From sequence record MK250017.1: a stretch of DNA of 64,000 nt. One strand, written 5' to 3'. How positions within the stretch are numbered: position 1 is the stretch's first letter; every line of letters begins with the position of its first letter. Position numbers and translations under genes: made by a program. The notes under the pieces were generated by a model. That model worked only from the letters and a program-made list of their open reading frames with translations. It was not told the DNA's origin and ran no database searches. Positions 1 through 9,795 of the stretch are shown piece after piece.

Positions 1-931
1 AACTCTGCAACTTTATTGTTTTTGATACACCAGAAGGTATATTAACTGTATATGAACAACCAAGTAATAGTTTATAATAAGGTACATGAATATGCTCTAT
101 TACATTCAAACCATCAACTTGATATTTGTTTGTATCAAATTTATAATCAGCTATAGCAATAAAATTACCATTCTGCCCAACTGATTTCTTTGATTCTGAT
201 CCTTTACCACTATATACTTTATATTCACCATTCTGAATGCCTGTATTAAATTCAATTTCAATCTTTACTTCTTGCTTTTCAAATCCAGAACCACCACAAT
301 GATTACATTTATTTTCTACATAAAAACCTGTTCCATGACATAATGGACAAATTTCTTCTTGAATTGAAAATGTTCCTCTTCCTATAAGAGACTGGTGAAT
401 AATTTTTCCTGCACCATGACACTTTGGACATGTTTTCTGTCCAGTTCCACCAGCACCATGACATGACGGACAACGTACATCTCTCTTATATTTAACAACC
501 TTCTTAATACCATTAAATATATCTTCAATAGTAACAGGAATTTTCATTTGAATATCTCTGCCTGGTTGAACTTGATTTCTCTGTTGTTTAGCACCTCCAA
601 AACCGCTAAATCCTCCAAATGGATTAAATCCTCCAAATGGATCAAAACCCGATCCACCAAATGGATCAAAACCTGAACCACCAAATGGATTTTGCTGACC
701 ATTTTCATCACCATATGTATCATAATTCTGTTTCTTCTGTGGATCACTCAATACTTCATATGCATGATTCACATCCTTAAATTTCTCTTCAGCTTCTTTT
801 ACTTCAGATGGTGATTTACCTTTCTGCATATCAGGATGATATTTCTTTGAAAGTTTTCTATATGCTGTCTTTAAGTCTTTCTCATTACAATCTCTAGAAA
901 CACCTAAAATTTCGTATAAGTCTTTTGCCAT
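1..931 (-). CDS. dnaJ: DnaJ chaperone (3' end runs off the window start)
   Basis: Missing from the ORF track. ATG at 931 gives MAKDLYEILGVSRD...KYHPD (J-domain HPD), then a G/F-rich linker and four CxxCxGxG zinc-finger motifs (CPSCHGAG, CPKCHGAG, CPLCHGTG, CNHCGGSG). No in-frame TAG seen. Confidence 0.96.
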   Translation of the reverse strand, partial: MAKDLYEILGVSRDCNEKDLKTAYRKLSKKYHPDMQKGKSPSEVKEAEEKFKDVNHAYEVLSDPQKKQNYDTYGDENGQQNPFGGSGFDPFGGSGFDPFGGFNPFGGFSGFGGAKQQRNQVQPGRDIQMKIPVTIEDIFNGIKKVVKYKRDVRCPSCHGAGGTGQKTCPKCHGAGKIIHQSLIGRGTFSIQEEICPLCHGTGFYVENKCNHCGGSGFEKQEVKIEIEFNTGIQNGEYKVYSGKGSESKKSVGQNGNFIAIADYKFDTNKYQVDGLNVIEHIHVPYYKLLLGCSYTVNIPSGVSKTIKLQS

Positions 932-961
932 ATTTAATAACTATATAATAACATTTAAAAT

Positions 962-1002
962 AAAAAGGGAACTGAATACAATCCTCTTGTATACGTTCCC
1001 TT
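962..1002 (-). terminator. Rho-independent terminator/attenuator between dnaK and dnaJ
   Basis: Stem AAGGGAAC/GTTCCCTT with inner TACAA/TTGTA pairing, followed by a T-run on the minus strand. Confidence 0.7.
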
Positions 1003-1086
1003 CTTCAAATACTTTTACTCACTTTTTATAGTTTTCATTTATTCTAAATTAAAATATTGTATTCTATTATTTTATAGAATTTTTAG

Positions 1087-1116
1087 AAGTTAGTCTATAA
1101 ATTTATAGACTAACTT
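1087..1116. repeat. Perfect 30-bp palindrome just downstream of dnaK
   Basis: AAGTTAGTCTATAAATTTATAGACTAACTT equals its own reverse complement and contains TAGACT on both strands. Confidence 0.9.
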
Positions 1117-1126
1117 TTATATCTTT

Positions 1127-3097
1127 TTAGACCTCTTCGTATTCTGCTTCCTGAACGTTATCATCTGTCTTTGAATTCTCAGATGTTGAATTATTTGCAG
1201 TTGCATCACCAAAACCTGCATTTGCAAACATATCGTTAGGGTTTTGCGCAGAATTTTCCTGAGGTTGAGAACCACCAGCATTCTTATACATTTCTTCAAC
1301 AATTGGCTTAAATACTGTCTCAAGCTCTACACGTGCAGATTCTGCTGCAACAGCATCCTTCTTAGAAACTGCATCAAGTACTGCACTAATCTTTGTCTTC
1401 AATGTATCTTTCTTATCAGAAGGAATTGATGAACCTGTCTTCTCATCATCCATATACTTCTGAACCTGAGTTGCATACTGCTCTGCACCATTCAACTTAT
1501 CAACTTCATCCTTCTTCTTCTTATCTGCTTCTGCAAACTTCTCTGCATCTGCCTTAATACGTGCAATCTCTTCATCTGAAAGTGCATTAGGAGACTGAAT
1601 TGTTACCTTCTGCTCTTTATTTGTACCCTTATCTTTTGCTGTTACTTCAAGAATACCATCAGCATTAATATCAAATGTTACTTCAATCTGAGGAACACCC
1701 TTTGGTGCAGGTGCAATACCCTCCAAATTAAAATTACCAATTACCTTATTATCTGCAGACATTGGACGCTCACCCTGAAGAACCTTAATTGTTACTGCAG
1801 GCTGATTATCTACTGCTGTAGTAAATACCTGTGACTTACGTGTAGGAATAGTTGTATTTGCATCAATCAACTTTGCCATCTCACAACCATTTACCTCAAT
1901 ACCCAATGAAATTGGTGTTACATCAAGAAGAAGAACTGAATCTTCTGTTGCATTACCAGCAAGTGTATTTGCCTGAATTGCAGCACCAAGGGCAACAGCC
2001 TCATCAAAATTACAAGTCTTATTCAATGGCTTGTTAAATGACTTCTCCAATGCAGACTGAACTGAAGGAATACGAGAAGAACCACCAACCAAAAGAATCT
2101 CACTAATCTGATCTTCTGTAATACCTGCCTTCTCTACTGCACGATGTGCAATATCAACAACGTTATTTGTCAAATCTTCAGTAAGTCTCTCAAATGTTGC
2201 ACGATTAAGTGTCTTCATCAACATCTGTGGAACACCATCAGCAACAGTAATATAAGGAAGATTAATCTCTGTCTGAGTAGCTGTAGACAACTCACACTTT
2301 GCTTTCTCTGCTGCTTCTACAAGACGAGCATATGCCATCTTATCCTTACTCAAATCAATACCTGTATCGTTCTTAAACTCATCAATAAGCCACTGAACAA
2401 TAGCATTATCATAATTCTGTCCTCCAAGGAATACATCACCATCTGATGCAAGAACCTCAATCATACCATCAGAAATCTCTACAATGGATACATCTTCTGT
2501 ACCACAACCAAGGTCATTTACAAGAACAATCTTGTCACCATTTTTTGTATCAATATTAGAAGAAAGAACTGCTGCAGTAGGTTCATTAATAATACGAAGT
2601 ACATTCAAACCTGCCAACTGTCCAGCTACCTTAGTAGCATTACGCTGAATATCATTAAACCAAGCAGGAACAGTAATTACAGCATCTTTACAATCATCTG
2701 TTCCATAATATCCCTTTGCAACTTCATACATATTCTTAAGAATCATAGATGAAATTTGCTCAGGTGAATATGTTTTATCGTCAATCTTTAGACGAGGATT
2801 TCCATTTTCATCGACAACATCATATGTTACCATCTTCAACATTTTCTGTACATCTGGATCATCCCATTTTGCACCCATAAAACGTTTTACAAATGAAATG
2901 GTATTCTTTGGATTCATTACCATACCACGCTTTGCAGCTGCACCAATTTTTGTTTCATCACCTTTAATGTACACTACTGATGGCGTTGTCTTATAACCAT
3001 CTGCATTTTCAATTACCTTAGCTTTGTTTGCCTCGATGATGGCTACCGCACTGTTTCCAGTACCGAGGTCCAATCCAATAACTTTCTTGTTGCTCAT
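1127..3097 (-). CDS. dnaK: DnaK/Hsp70 chaperone, 656 aa
   Basis: IGLDLGTGNS, TVPAWFND.QR.ATK.AG..AGL.VLRIINEPTAA, LLVGGSSRIP, DEAVALGAAIQA, GVPQIEVTFDI. TAA stop, no TAG. Confidence 0.98.
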   Translation of the reverse strand: MSNKKVIGLDLGTGNSAVAIIEANKAKVIENADGYKTTPSVVYIKGDETKIGAAAKRGMVMNPKNTISFVKRFMGAKWDDPDVQKMLKMVTYDVVDENGNPRLKIDDKTYSPEQISSMILKNMYEVAKGYYGTDDCKDAVITVPAWFNDIQRNATKVAGQLAGLNVLRIINEPTAAVLSSNIDTKNGDKIVLVNDLGCGTEDVSIVEISDGMIEVLASDGDVFLGGQNYDNAIVQWLIDEFKNDTGIDLSKDKMAYARLVEAAEKAKCELSTATQTEINLPYITVADGVPQMLMKTLNRATFERLTEDLTNNVVDIAHRAVEKAGITEDQISEILLVGGSSRIPSVQSALEKSFNKPLNKTCNFDEAVALGAAIQANTLAGNATEDSVLLLDVTPISLGIEVNGCEMAKLIDANTTIPTRKSQVFTTAVDNQPAVTIKVLQGERPMSADNKVIGNFNLEGIAPAPKGVPQIEVTFDINADGILEVTAKDKGTNKEQKVTIQSPNALSDEEIARIKADAEKFAEADKKKKDEVDKLNGAEQYATQVQKYMDDEKTGSSIPSDKKDTLKTKISAVLDAVSKKDAVAAESARVELETVFKPIVEEMYKNAGGSQPQENSAQNPNDMFANAGFGDATANNSTSENSKTDDNVQEAEYEEV

Positions 3098-3199
3098 AAT
3101 TTTATTATGTATTTAATTTTTGTTGCTCAATAACTTCATATGTTAAACATACGGAGTTATTGTATAAATTTATTATTTAATTATTTTATATTCTATCTA

Positions 3200-3228
3200 T
3201 TTATAGAGAAAAAATTATAAATTGTCTA
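3200..3228 (-). promoter_or_regulatory. Sigma70-like promoter TAGACA-N17-TATAAA upstream of dnaK
   Basis: TAGACA at 3228-3223, exact 17-nt spacer, TATAAA at 3205-3200. The same architecture recurs at several sites. Confidence 0.6.
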
Positions 3229-3271
3229 TTTTTCTAATAATTTTTTTTTAATTTTATTTAATTATCTTTAT

Positions 3272-4141
3272 TCATTTCAATAATTTAGGTTTATTCCTTG
3301 CATTTCTTAAATTCATATCCATATAGCCTCCCATTGCCCAACGTCCTCTTGGTTCCATTTCTTCTAAAACTTCCATACGTCTTACACATATCGATTTCCA
3401 AAAATCTGTTGCTTCTTGTACTCTACTTCTCTTTCTATCTTTAAATGACGTTCCTTCATAATCGGTCCAATATCTTTGTGGAGCATCAGTATTTTCGATA
3501 CCTTCTTTTCTATTATTCACTTTTAATGCATTATTAGGAATAAATGAAAAAGCTTTATTACCGATACGTGACATAAAATTAGAAGCAGAACCTGGTTTCA
3601 ATTTACTTTCATCACCTTTTTTATGATAACCAGGATATGTAGCATCATTTGTTCCTATAAGATAACCATATGTTTTATCTTTTGGTTTATAATAAATTGA
3701 ATCTTGATTAAAATATTCAGCTAAAGATAAAAGATTATTTAAGAAATTAGGATCATTAAATCTATTTACAACAAAAAAACTTTCCTCTGATGACTCATTA
3801 TTCATTCCTTCTGGATATATTCCTTTTACGGTAGTTACACCATACTTTAAGTTTAATAATTCTGCTTTTAATAATTTATTTTTTTCTCGATTTTCTTCAT
3901 GAGTAAATATTTTTTTGTCCACCCAATTATCATTTGGACCATAATAAGTTTTATCTGGATTTGCAATGTCAATTAACTTATATCTAAATGCAGTAATAAA
4001 TGCACAATCACATTTATTTAACCATAACATCATACGGTTAAGTGATTTTTCATTTAACTCATTATTATATATTGCTATATTATTGAAATTATCAACTTCT
4101 TCTAATAATTTCTTTTTTATTGCATCATCAAAGTTATTCAT
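3272..4141 (-). CDS. Hypothetical phage protein, possibly DUF3293-like, 289 aa
   Basis: Open frame with TGA stop. Pattern AFITAFR...EENREKNKLLKAEL...YGVT.VKG.Y.E...EESFFV...AEYFNQDSI recalls DUF3293-like phage proteins (from memory, unverified). Confidence 0.7.
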   Translation of the reverse strand: MNNFDDAIKKKLLEEVDNFNNIAIYNNELNEKSLNRMMLWLNKCDCAFITAFRYKLIDIANPDKTYYGPNDNWVDKKIFTHEENREKNKLLKAELLNLKYGVTTVKGIYPEGMNNESSEESFFVVNRFNDPNFLNNLLSLAEYFNQDSIYYKPKDKTYGYLIGTNDATYPGYHKKGDESKLKPGSASNFMSRIGNKAFSFIPNNALKVNNRKEGIENTDAPQRYWTDYEGTSFKDRKRSRVQEATDFWKSICVRRMEVLEEMEPRGRWAMGGYMDMNLRNARNKPKLLK

Positions 4142-4154
4142 AATAAAATATTTT

Positions 4155-4649
4155 TTAATTATTTATATCCTCTCTAATAGAATGAAGTGTATTCAATATT
4201 TTTTGCTGCTTTCTTGTAAGTGCTTTCTTATTTCGTTTGAAAAAAATAATATAAAGAATATAACATCCTGGATCTCCATTTGGAAAATGAGTATCATTTC
4301 TATTTCCATTATACATAGAATATGTTGTTAAAATATCATAATCAACAAAATCATTTGGATTAAGATATGCACCAGGTACTTTATACCAATAATTAAACAT
4401 TTTTCTAATAACAGATTTTTTCACACGTCCAATACGTAATTGCATATACAAGTCTGTATGAAAATGCATGAGATGCGCTTGTACATCTCTCTTATCATAT
4501 TCATCTGGAATTCTATGTTCACGTTTTTGAATAGATTTTAATCTATTCTTTTTATACCAATTAATGTAAGGTATACATTTACTTTCCCAAAACTTATATT
4601 TATCAGACCATGCATTTCTTGCATGAACAACGCCACTTCTATATTTCAT
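4155..4649 (-). CDS. Hypothetical protein, 164 aa
   Basis: ATG..TAA ORF, tightly packed in the minus-strand run, no TAG. Confidence 0.75.
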   Translation of the reverse strand: MKYRSGVVHARNAWSDKYKFWESKCIPYINWYKKNRLKSIQKREHRIPDEYDKRDVQAHLMHFHTDLYMQLRIGRVKKSVIRKMFNYWYKVPGAYLNPNDFVDYDILTTYSMYNGNRNDTHFPNGDPGCYILYIIFFKRNKKALTRKQQKILNTLHSIREDINN

Positions 4650-4651
4650 AA

Positions 4652-5200
4652 TTAAATATACTTTTTATCTGTTTCACAAAAAATAGGTTTACAATCTTTA
4701 ATGCCAACCCATTGAACAAATTCGCCGAAAAGATTATATGCCTTTACTCTTGAACATGGTTTATTCAATAAAAGTATATAATATATCTTTCCTTTATGTT
4801 TAATCATTTTTAATTCTGAACTATTATCTTCTGATGAAATAGTAAGAGACATTTCATCTTGAAGATTTCTCATAATATTTTTACTATCATGAATAATAGC
4901 TTTATGATTTGGTAACATACTTATTAATGCTGTATATTCATCAATCGATTTATCTTCATTGATTTTAGTTGCAACATATTCTTTACCATTATGTTTCCAC
5001 TTTTCTGTTTTATTTGCAAATTGAGTATTTACAATCATACATGCATTTTTATAAGATATGTATTTATACCCATTTATATCTTTCTCCATAACACGACGAT
5101 CTTCACCATCATTCCATGGAGAAAGTTTAAGATAATGAGATGGCATAACCTTATATACAACCTCATTACAATCCTGTATATATTGTTTTTGATCGTCCAT
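4652..5200 (-). CDS. Hypothetical protein, 182 aa
   Basis: ATG..TAA ORF, 2 nt from the next gene, no TAG. Confidence 0.75.
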   Translation of the reverse strand: MDDQKQYIQDCNEVVYKVMPSHYLKLSPWNDGEDRRVMEKDINGYKYISYKNACMIVNTQFANKTEKWKHNGKEYVATKINEDKSIDEYTALISMLPNHKAIIHDSKNIMRNLQDEMSLTISSEDNSSELKMIKHKGKIYYILLLNKPCSRVKAYNLFGEFVQWVGIKDCKPIFCETDKKYI

Positions 5201-5253
5201 ATATTAATAATTTTATTTTCTACAACTATTTATATATAGAAAAATCAAAAAGT

Positions 5254-5673
5254 TTACTTCAACATATCTAAATAAAACTGTTTTTCTTCATCACTTGGAC
5301 ATTCCAAAATATGAAGTTCAAAAACAGGAGTTATTTTAATCAATTTCTGACTATATGTTTGCCAATGACTATATGATATATTGTTAAACTGTTTAAATGA
5401 ACCTATGAAATCTTTTATACAAATATTTTCATTAATTAAATCTGCAATAACATGAAATTCATCTTGTCCATTTAACAAATGAATATTACCAATATTATCT
5501 TTATATGCATTAATTTGAAATGTATCTCTGCACATAATTCGCAAAAACATTTTATTAATAAGTTTTTGCTTATCTATATTTTCATTAATGGACTCTTCAA
5601 ACTGTAAGACTTCTGAAGCTTTTAAGTTTTTAAGCTCATTATATGAAACTGTTTTTATATCAATATAAACCAT
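5254..5673 (-). CDS. Hypothetical protein, 139 aa
   Basis: ATG..TAA ORF in the gene run, no TAG. Confidence 0.7.
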   Translation of the reverse strand: MVYIDIKTVSYNELKNLKASEVLQFEESINENIDKQKLINKMFLRIMCRDTFQINAYKDNIGNIHLLNGQDEFHVIADLINENICIKDFIGSFKQFNNISYSHWQTYSQKLIKITPVFELHILECPSDEEKQFYLDMLK

Positions 5674-5678
5674 AATTC

Positions 5679-5894
5679 TTAAAATATTTTAAAATCTTTA
5701 TTTTCATATAAATTTGAAATAGGTTTAAACAATCTCAATACAATTAAACCTACTGCAACAACAAGAATTCCCCATAGTGAACCACTTGCAACCATAACAA
5801 AACCTTGATAAATTGCATAAAATGGTAAACAAATGATACCTAATACTGTCAAAAATAAAACAAATGTAAAGATATACTTAAATAATGTTGTCAT
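5679..5894 (-). CDS. Small membrane protein, 71 aa
   Basis: Two hydrophobic segments (YIFTFVLFLTVLGIICLPFYAIY; LWGILVVAVGLIVL). A TAnnTTTG promoter lies about 40 nt upstream. Confidence 0.75.
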   Translation of the reverse strand: MTTLFKYIFTFVLFLTVLGIICLPFYAIYQGFVMVASGSLWGILVVAVGLIVLRLFKPISNLYENKDFKIF

Positions 5895-5933
5895 AATTTT
5901 ATATTTTTTAATTGTTTATACTTTATTTATATT

Positions 5934-5944
5934 ACAAAGATACA
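5934..5944 (-). promoter_or_regulatory. Bacteroidota-type -7 promoter element (TGTATCTTTGT), copy 1 of 4
   Basis: Contains TAnnTTTG. The identical 11-mer recurs at 9749, 12341 and 59639, always upstream of a minus-strand start. Confidence 0.75.
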
Positions 5945-5963
5945 TATTTTATTTCAAATAAAA

Positions 5964-5997
5964 AAATCAGTTACCTAAAAAAATAGATAACTGATTT
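5964..5997 (-). terminator. Terminator hairpin after 6003..7388
   Basis: Stem AAATCAGTTA/TAACTGATTT with a T-run on the minus strand. Confidence 0.65.
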
Positions 5998-6002
5998 AAT
6001 AT

Positions 6003-7388
6003 TTAATAATACTTATCTCTCGAAATTTCATATGTATTTTCACTTTCATTAAAATCACATACAGAGTTATTATCTACATCAAATATAACCTGACGTGTTA
6101 ATTCAGTAACAACATATGGAGCATCAGAAGGCCAACGATATTTAAGATGTTTTGATGTCTTTGTATATGTACATATAAGTTTCCTATTATTTAAATTAAT
6201 ATTAATTTTATCAACATCTTTCTGATCACAAAAATAATGTGATTGATTATGTTTACCAATAATATATAATTTTTGATTTTTATTATATTCTGAACATTCT
6301 CTAATAATAGTTCTATATGCATAAGTTGCATCTGCCATCTTAGTTTTTGTTAAATCTATAATCTTATTATAATAGTTTTTATTGATATATTCAAGAATAT
6401 CATAATCAAGATAACCTGTCCATGGAGTTATCGCTATATTATCAATCATCTTATCGATTTCATCATTTGTAAAAATTTCAGAAATTAATAAATCAACATA
6501 TTCGCCATCGGATTCATAAGTTTTACTGAGTTTCACAATTTCTTCATTAAGATCTGCTTTCTTAACAGATTTAATATATGATTTATAACATGAATATGCA
6601 ACATCTTTTAAATCATTATTAATATCAATATGAATTATAGGCACATTTATCTGCTTTAAAACAGTTTTTAATTCTTCTTTATATATTTTATAAAACTCTT
6701 CTTTATATGAAGATGTAAGTTCTCTCATATAATCATATATTGATTTATCTCCAATAATATCAGATAATAATAATTTTAATGTACCATCTTTATCAATCCG
6801 TTTACTCTCACTTTTAGGATATATCTCTAATTTTCCATAAGTTGTAATAAAATGTTCTTTTTTATATTTCTTTAAAATAAAACCATTAAATGAAAAATAA
6901 TAAGCATTTTCTTTACAATCACAATAAGGCATCCAATAACGTTGTTCTAATGTTATATGTATAGTAAACAACTTTTTTCTTGATTTATCACATTGCTCTT
7001 TAAACTTAAACATTGCTCTAGAATATGCAAGTCTTTCATATCCTAAAAGTGATTTATAATTATAAGTACCATTATAAGAATCATCTAACCCTTCAAATTC
7101 ATTGTATAAATTAAATGTATCTGCATGTAGTGGTAAACCTGTTATCTTAATATTAAAGAAATTATATTCATTTTCTTTATATGAAGTATTTGTAAGTTTT
7201 GAGTATGTCAAAAGTTTACTTAAGAAAAACGATTTATAAAAATTTTGACATTCATTTATAAGAGCTTGTGCTTTATAATATTCTTCAACAAAATGACTTA
7301 AGTCTGAATAATTATTATAATCTGTCTTATGAAGTTCTACTAATGACTTTTCTTTATCATTAATATCAAATTTATCTATATTATTCAT
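6003..7388 (-). CDS. Hypothetical protein, 461 aa
   Basis: Long ATG..TAA ORF without TAG; no motif recognised. Confidence 0.8.
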   Translation of the reverse strand: MNNIDKFDINDKEKSLVELHKTDYNNYSDLSHFVEEYYKAQALINECQNFYKSFFLSKLLTYSKLTNTSYKENEYNFFNIKITGLPLHADTFNLYNEFEGLDDSYNGTYNYKSLLGYERLAYSRAMFKFKEQCDKSRKKLFTIHITLEQRYWMPYCDCKENAYYFSFNGFILKKYKKEHFITTYGKLEIYPKSESKRIDKDGTLKLLLSDIIGDKSIYDYMRELTSSYKEEFYKIYKEELKTVLKQINVPIIHIDINNDLKDVAYSCYKSYIKSVKKADLNEEIVKLSKTYESDGEYVDLLISEIFTNDEIDKMIDNIAITPWTGYLDYDILEYINKNYYNKIIDLTKTKMADATYAYRTIIRECSEYNKNQKLYIIGKHNQSHYFCDQKDVDKININLNNRKLICTYTKTSKHLKYRWPSDAPYVVTELTRQVIFDVDNNSVCDFNESENTYEISRDKYY

Positions 7389-7400
7389 TAAATTATTATT

Positions 7401-7868
7401 TTATAGTTCATACATCATATACTTATTATTGTAATAATATTCTTCATGATAATACATTCCATTACTAAATTCCCAAATTTGTTCTTTTGCTAAATTATTA
7501 TCTGACACAATATCATTCCAAACTTCAACACACATATCGCATGTACTTTCTAACTTACAACTTGGATTACATTTTAAAAATTCTTCTGGTGAAGACTGTA
7601 CAAAATTAGTTAAAACAAAATCACCTTTACCAATATTTAATTCACTAAAATATCCAATTCCATTATATCTTATTGTGAATCCCCATTCACCAGATACTTT
7701 ATAATAAAAAGCTTCATGATTATTTGGATTTACATATTTAAGAATATAAATATCATCAAAATTTCTATCCATACATATTTTCTTTAAATATATAGGAAAC
7801 CAAGGTAATATAATGTCAAAATGACTACTATATTTGGTTTTAATATCTGCTGTTTTTATTAATCCCAT
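7401..7868 (-). CDS. Hypothetical protein, 155 aa
   Basis: ATG..TAA ORF in the gene run. Confidence 0.75.
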   Translation of the reverse strand: MGLIKTADIKTKYSSHFDIILPWFPIYLKKICMDRNFDDIYILKYVNPNNHEAFYYKVSGEWGFTIRYNGIGYFSELNIGKGDFVLTNFVQSSPEEFLKCNPSCKLESTCDMCVEVWNDIVSDNNLAKEQIWEFSNGMYYHEEYYYNNKYMMYEL

Positions 7869-7870
7869 AA

Positions 7871-8368
7871 TTAAATATCATAATTCATAAATTTATTTGT
7901 CTTTTTAGTATTATTTGTTTTAGTATCTATTATTGCTTTGCCGAATTTATTACAATATGAAAATTCTAATGGTTCAAATATATTATATGTGTTATCAAAA
8001 GGTTTCCAAATAGAATTAAATTTATTACTATATCTAGAATTAAATTTATTACTATATGTAGAAAAAGATCTAACAGCAATAATATCACTTAATAATGTAT
8101 TATCTCTCAAATAATTAAATATTTCTTCTTTTATTTTTTTATATGTATTAGTATCTTCATCGCAAATAGTATATGTTAATATATTACGAATGAACCCAGT
8201 ATTTCCTACAAATTCATGTACAATATATTCTGCAAATTGCTCTGCATATTCATCTTCATTTGTATAACGAAATATAAATATTTTTATTGTATCATCATCA
8301 TTATTCCAATAATAAAAAACTTTATATATAGTTGATATATTATTAATCAAATTCTCATTAAATATCAT
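7871..8368 (-). CDS. Hypothetical protein, 165 aa
   Basis: ATG..TAA ORF with an internal 8-aa duplication. Confidence 0.7.
   Translation of the reverse strand: MIFNENLINNISTIYKVFYYWNNDDDTIKIFIFRYTNEDEYAEQFAEYIVHEFVGNTGFIRNILTYTICDEDTNTYKKIKEEIFNYLRDNTLLSDIIAVRSFSTYSNKFNSRYSNKFNSIWKPFDNTYNIFEPLEFSYCNKFGKAIIDTKTNNTKKTNKFMNYDI
8011..8058. repeat. In-frame 24-bp tandem duplication
   Basis: TAGAATTAAATTTATTACTATAT(C/G) occurs twice and encodes YSNKFNSR/YSNKFNSI. Confidence 0.9.
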
Positions 8369-8371
8369 ATA

Positions 8372-8770
8372 TTAAATTTCATATTTTGTATATGTTTTAT
8401 CTACATTTGAATAAACAGATTTCGCAGATAAATTCATGACTTCTAAAATATTATTATATTCTGCTTCAGTTATAAAAAATTTATTTCCAGATTTCAAAAT
8501 AACCGTATAATTTAATTCTTCATCTTCTCCATATTTCCTCATATCATTATTCATTTCAAGCGGTACTGCTAATGAAGATGATATAATATTTTGACAACTA
8601 TCTTTAAAACGTTTATCAAGACAAAGTCTTTTTACTGCATCACCTATATTTTCACCACATGCTTCTACCGTTTCGTATTCCAATAATTCATAAGGCCAAA
8701 CAGGACCAAACATTTCAATCTGTGAGATATTAAGTACAATACCATTATCTAATTTAATAAAACTATTCAT
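8372..8770 (-). CDS. Hypothetical protein, 132 aa
   Basis: ATG..TAA ORF in the gene run. Confidence 0.75.
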   Translation of the reverse strand: MNSFIKLDNGIVLNISQIEMFGPVWPYELLEYETVEACGENIGDAVKRLCLDKRFKDSCQNIISSSLAVPLEMNNDMRKYGEDEELNYTVILKSGNKFFITEAEYNNILEVMNLSAKSVYSNVDKTYTKYEI

Positions 8771-8785
8771 CTGCTTATCATAAAA

Positions 8786-9100
8786 TTAATCACGTTGTCC
8801 ATGATATATTTCAGTACTAGGTGGTTTTGGTAAATATATAAGTTTATTGGTATATCTCTGAAATGCTTCACAAAATGCTTTCATAATCACCATATTTTTA
8901 TAATAATCATGATATTCTTCTGAATTAATATCCGGCCTAGGAAATTCAGTATTCATTTTACCACTAATAAACTCATAACATTTATCAGTCAATCTATCAT
9001 AATCATATTTAGGAAGATCATATCCTCCAAACAATCTATCTCTCGTTACGTTATCTTTATTTTCTTCAATAAAAGATTTCAAAAAATCATCATATGTCAT
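8786..9100 (-). CDS. Hypothetical protein, 104 aa
   Basis: ATG..TAA ORF in the gene run. Confidence 0.7.
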   Translation of the reverse strand: MTYDDFLKSFIEENKDNVTRDRLFGGYDLPKYDYDRLTDKCYEFISGKMNTEFPRPDINSEEYHDYYKNMVIMKAFCEAFQRYTNKLIYLPKPPSTEIYHGQRD

Positions 9101-9115
9101 AATAACTAAAAATAA

Positions 9116-9151
9116 AAAGGTTACCTACCTTAATGTAGGTAAGTAACCTTT
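9116..9151 (-). terminator. Terminator hairpin after 9175..9648
   Basis: AAAGGTTAC...GTAACCTTT stem with inner CTAC/GTAG pairing and a T-run on the minus strand. Confidence 0.65.
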
Positions 9152-9174
9152 AGTAATATTAATAAATTAACTTA

Positions 9175-9648
9175 TTAATTTCCTTCTGTCATATCAACAG
9201 GCTCATCAACAGTATCATCCAAATCAATGTCAAGATCATCAATCTCAGACATCTCAAGAGCGAAACGGTCATCGTCATTAAAGTTCTTCAAGAACTTATC
9301 CATTACAAGCTTATACTTCGCAAGATCCTTCTTATCATGAATCTCCTCAACTCGAAGCTTAAAATCATTATCCCATGTATCAATGGTAAATCCCAAAAAC
9401 TTACGAGCTGAACAATTCTTCAAATCATCTGGACGAACACCATACTGCTCAATTCTTGCTGTAATATTTGCATCACCATCATGTACAGATGCACCTGCAC
9501 GAACAACATCGTCAATATTCATATTCTGTACCAAACCAAAAGGCTCACATGCTCGATTAGTCTTATACTCATACTTCTTACCTTCAAGCTGCTTTACCTT
9601 CTTTGCTGCAATCTTATACTTAGCAACAATCTCTTTACGTGTAATCAT
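9175..9648 (-). CDS. Hypothetical protein, 157 aa, probably highly expressed
   Basis: ATG..TAATAA. Codon choice (AAG, GAG, CGT) resembles dnaK. Two promoter types upstream and its own terminator. Confidence 0.85.
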   Translation of the reverse strand: MITRKEIVAKYKIAAKKVKQLEGKKYEYKTNRACEPFGLVQNMNIDDVVRAGASVHDGDANITARIEQYGVRPDDLKNCSARKFLGFTIDTWDNDFKLRVEEIHDKKDLAKYKLVMDKFLKNFNDDDRFALEMSEIDDLDIDLDDTVDEPVDMTEGN

Positions 9649-9692
9649 AATTTATTATTAATTTAAATTAAACTTAATTTGTTATTCTTATT

Positions 9693-9721
9693 TGTATATA
9701 AGTTAAAAATAAAATTGTCTA
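9693..9721 (-). promoter_or_regulatory. TAGACA-N17-TATACA promoter
   Basis: Same spacing as the other TAGAC-class promoters. Confidence 0.5.
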
Positions 9722-9748
9722 TATTTTATTGATTATTTTATTAACAAT

Positions 9749-9759
9749 ACAAAGATACA
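9749..9759 (-). promoter_or_regulatory. Bacteroidota-type -7 element, copy 2
   Basis: TGTATCTTTGT on the minus strand. Confidence 0.7.
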
Positions 9760-9795
9760 CATTATTCTTTAAATAAAAAAATAATAGTCAAATAA

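Noticed and set aside
600-700. Short repeated units (CCAAATGGAT) as a CRISPR-like or regulatory repeat
   Set aside because: They encode the NPFGG/DPFGG G/F-rich linker of DnaJ. No CRISPR array or cas gene was seen in the window.
1087-1116. CIRCE/HrcA heat-shock operator near dnaK/dnaJ
   Set aside because: Does not match TTAGCACTC-N9-GAGTGCTAA.
544-2446. Track ORFs 544..747, 1117..1323, 1244..1429, 1852..2037, 2144..2446
   Set aside because: Alternative-frame or antisense shadows of dnaJ and dnaK.
1-3097. The window as bacterial chromosome because of dnaK/dnaJ
   Set aside because: The same promoter class and contiguous gene run link these genes to T4-like replication and baseplate genes and to code-15 usage.
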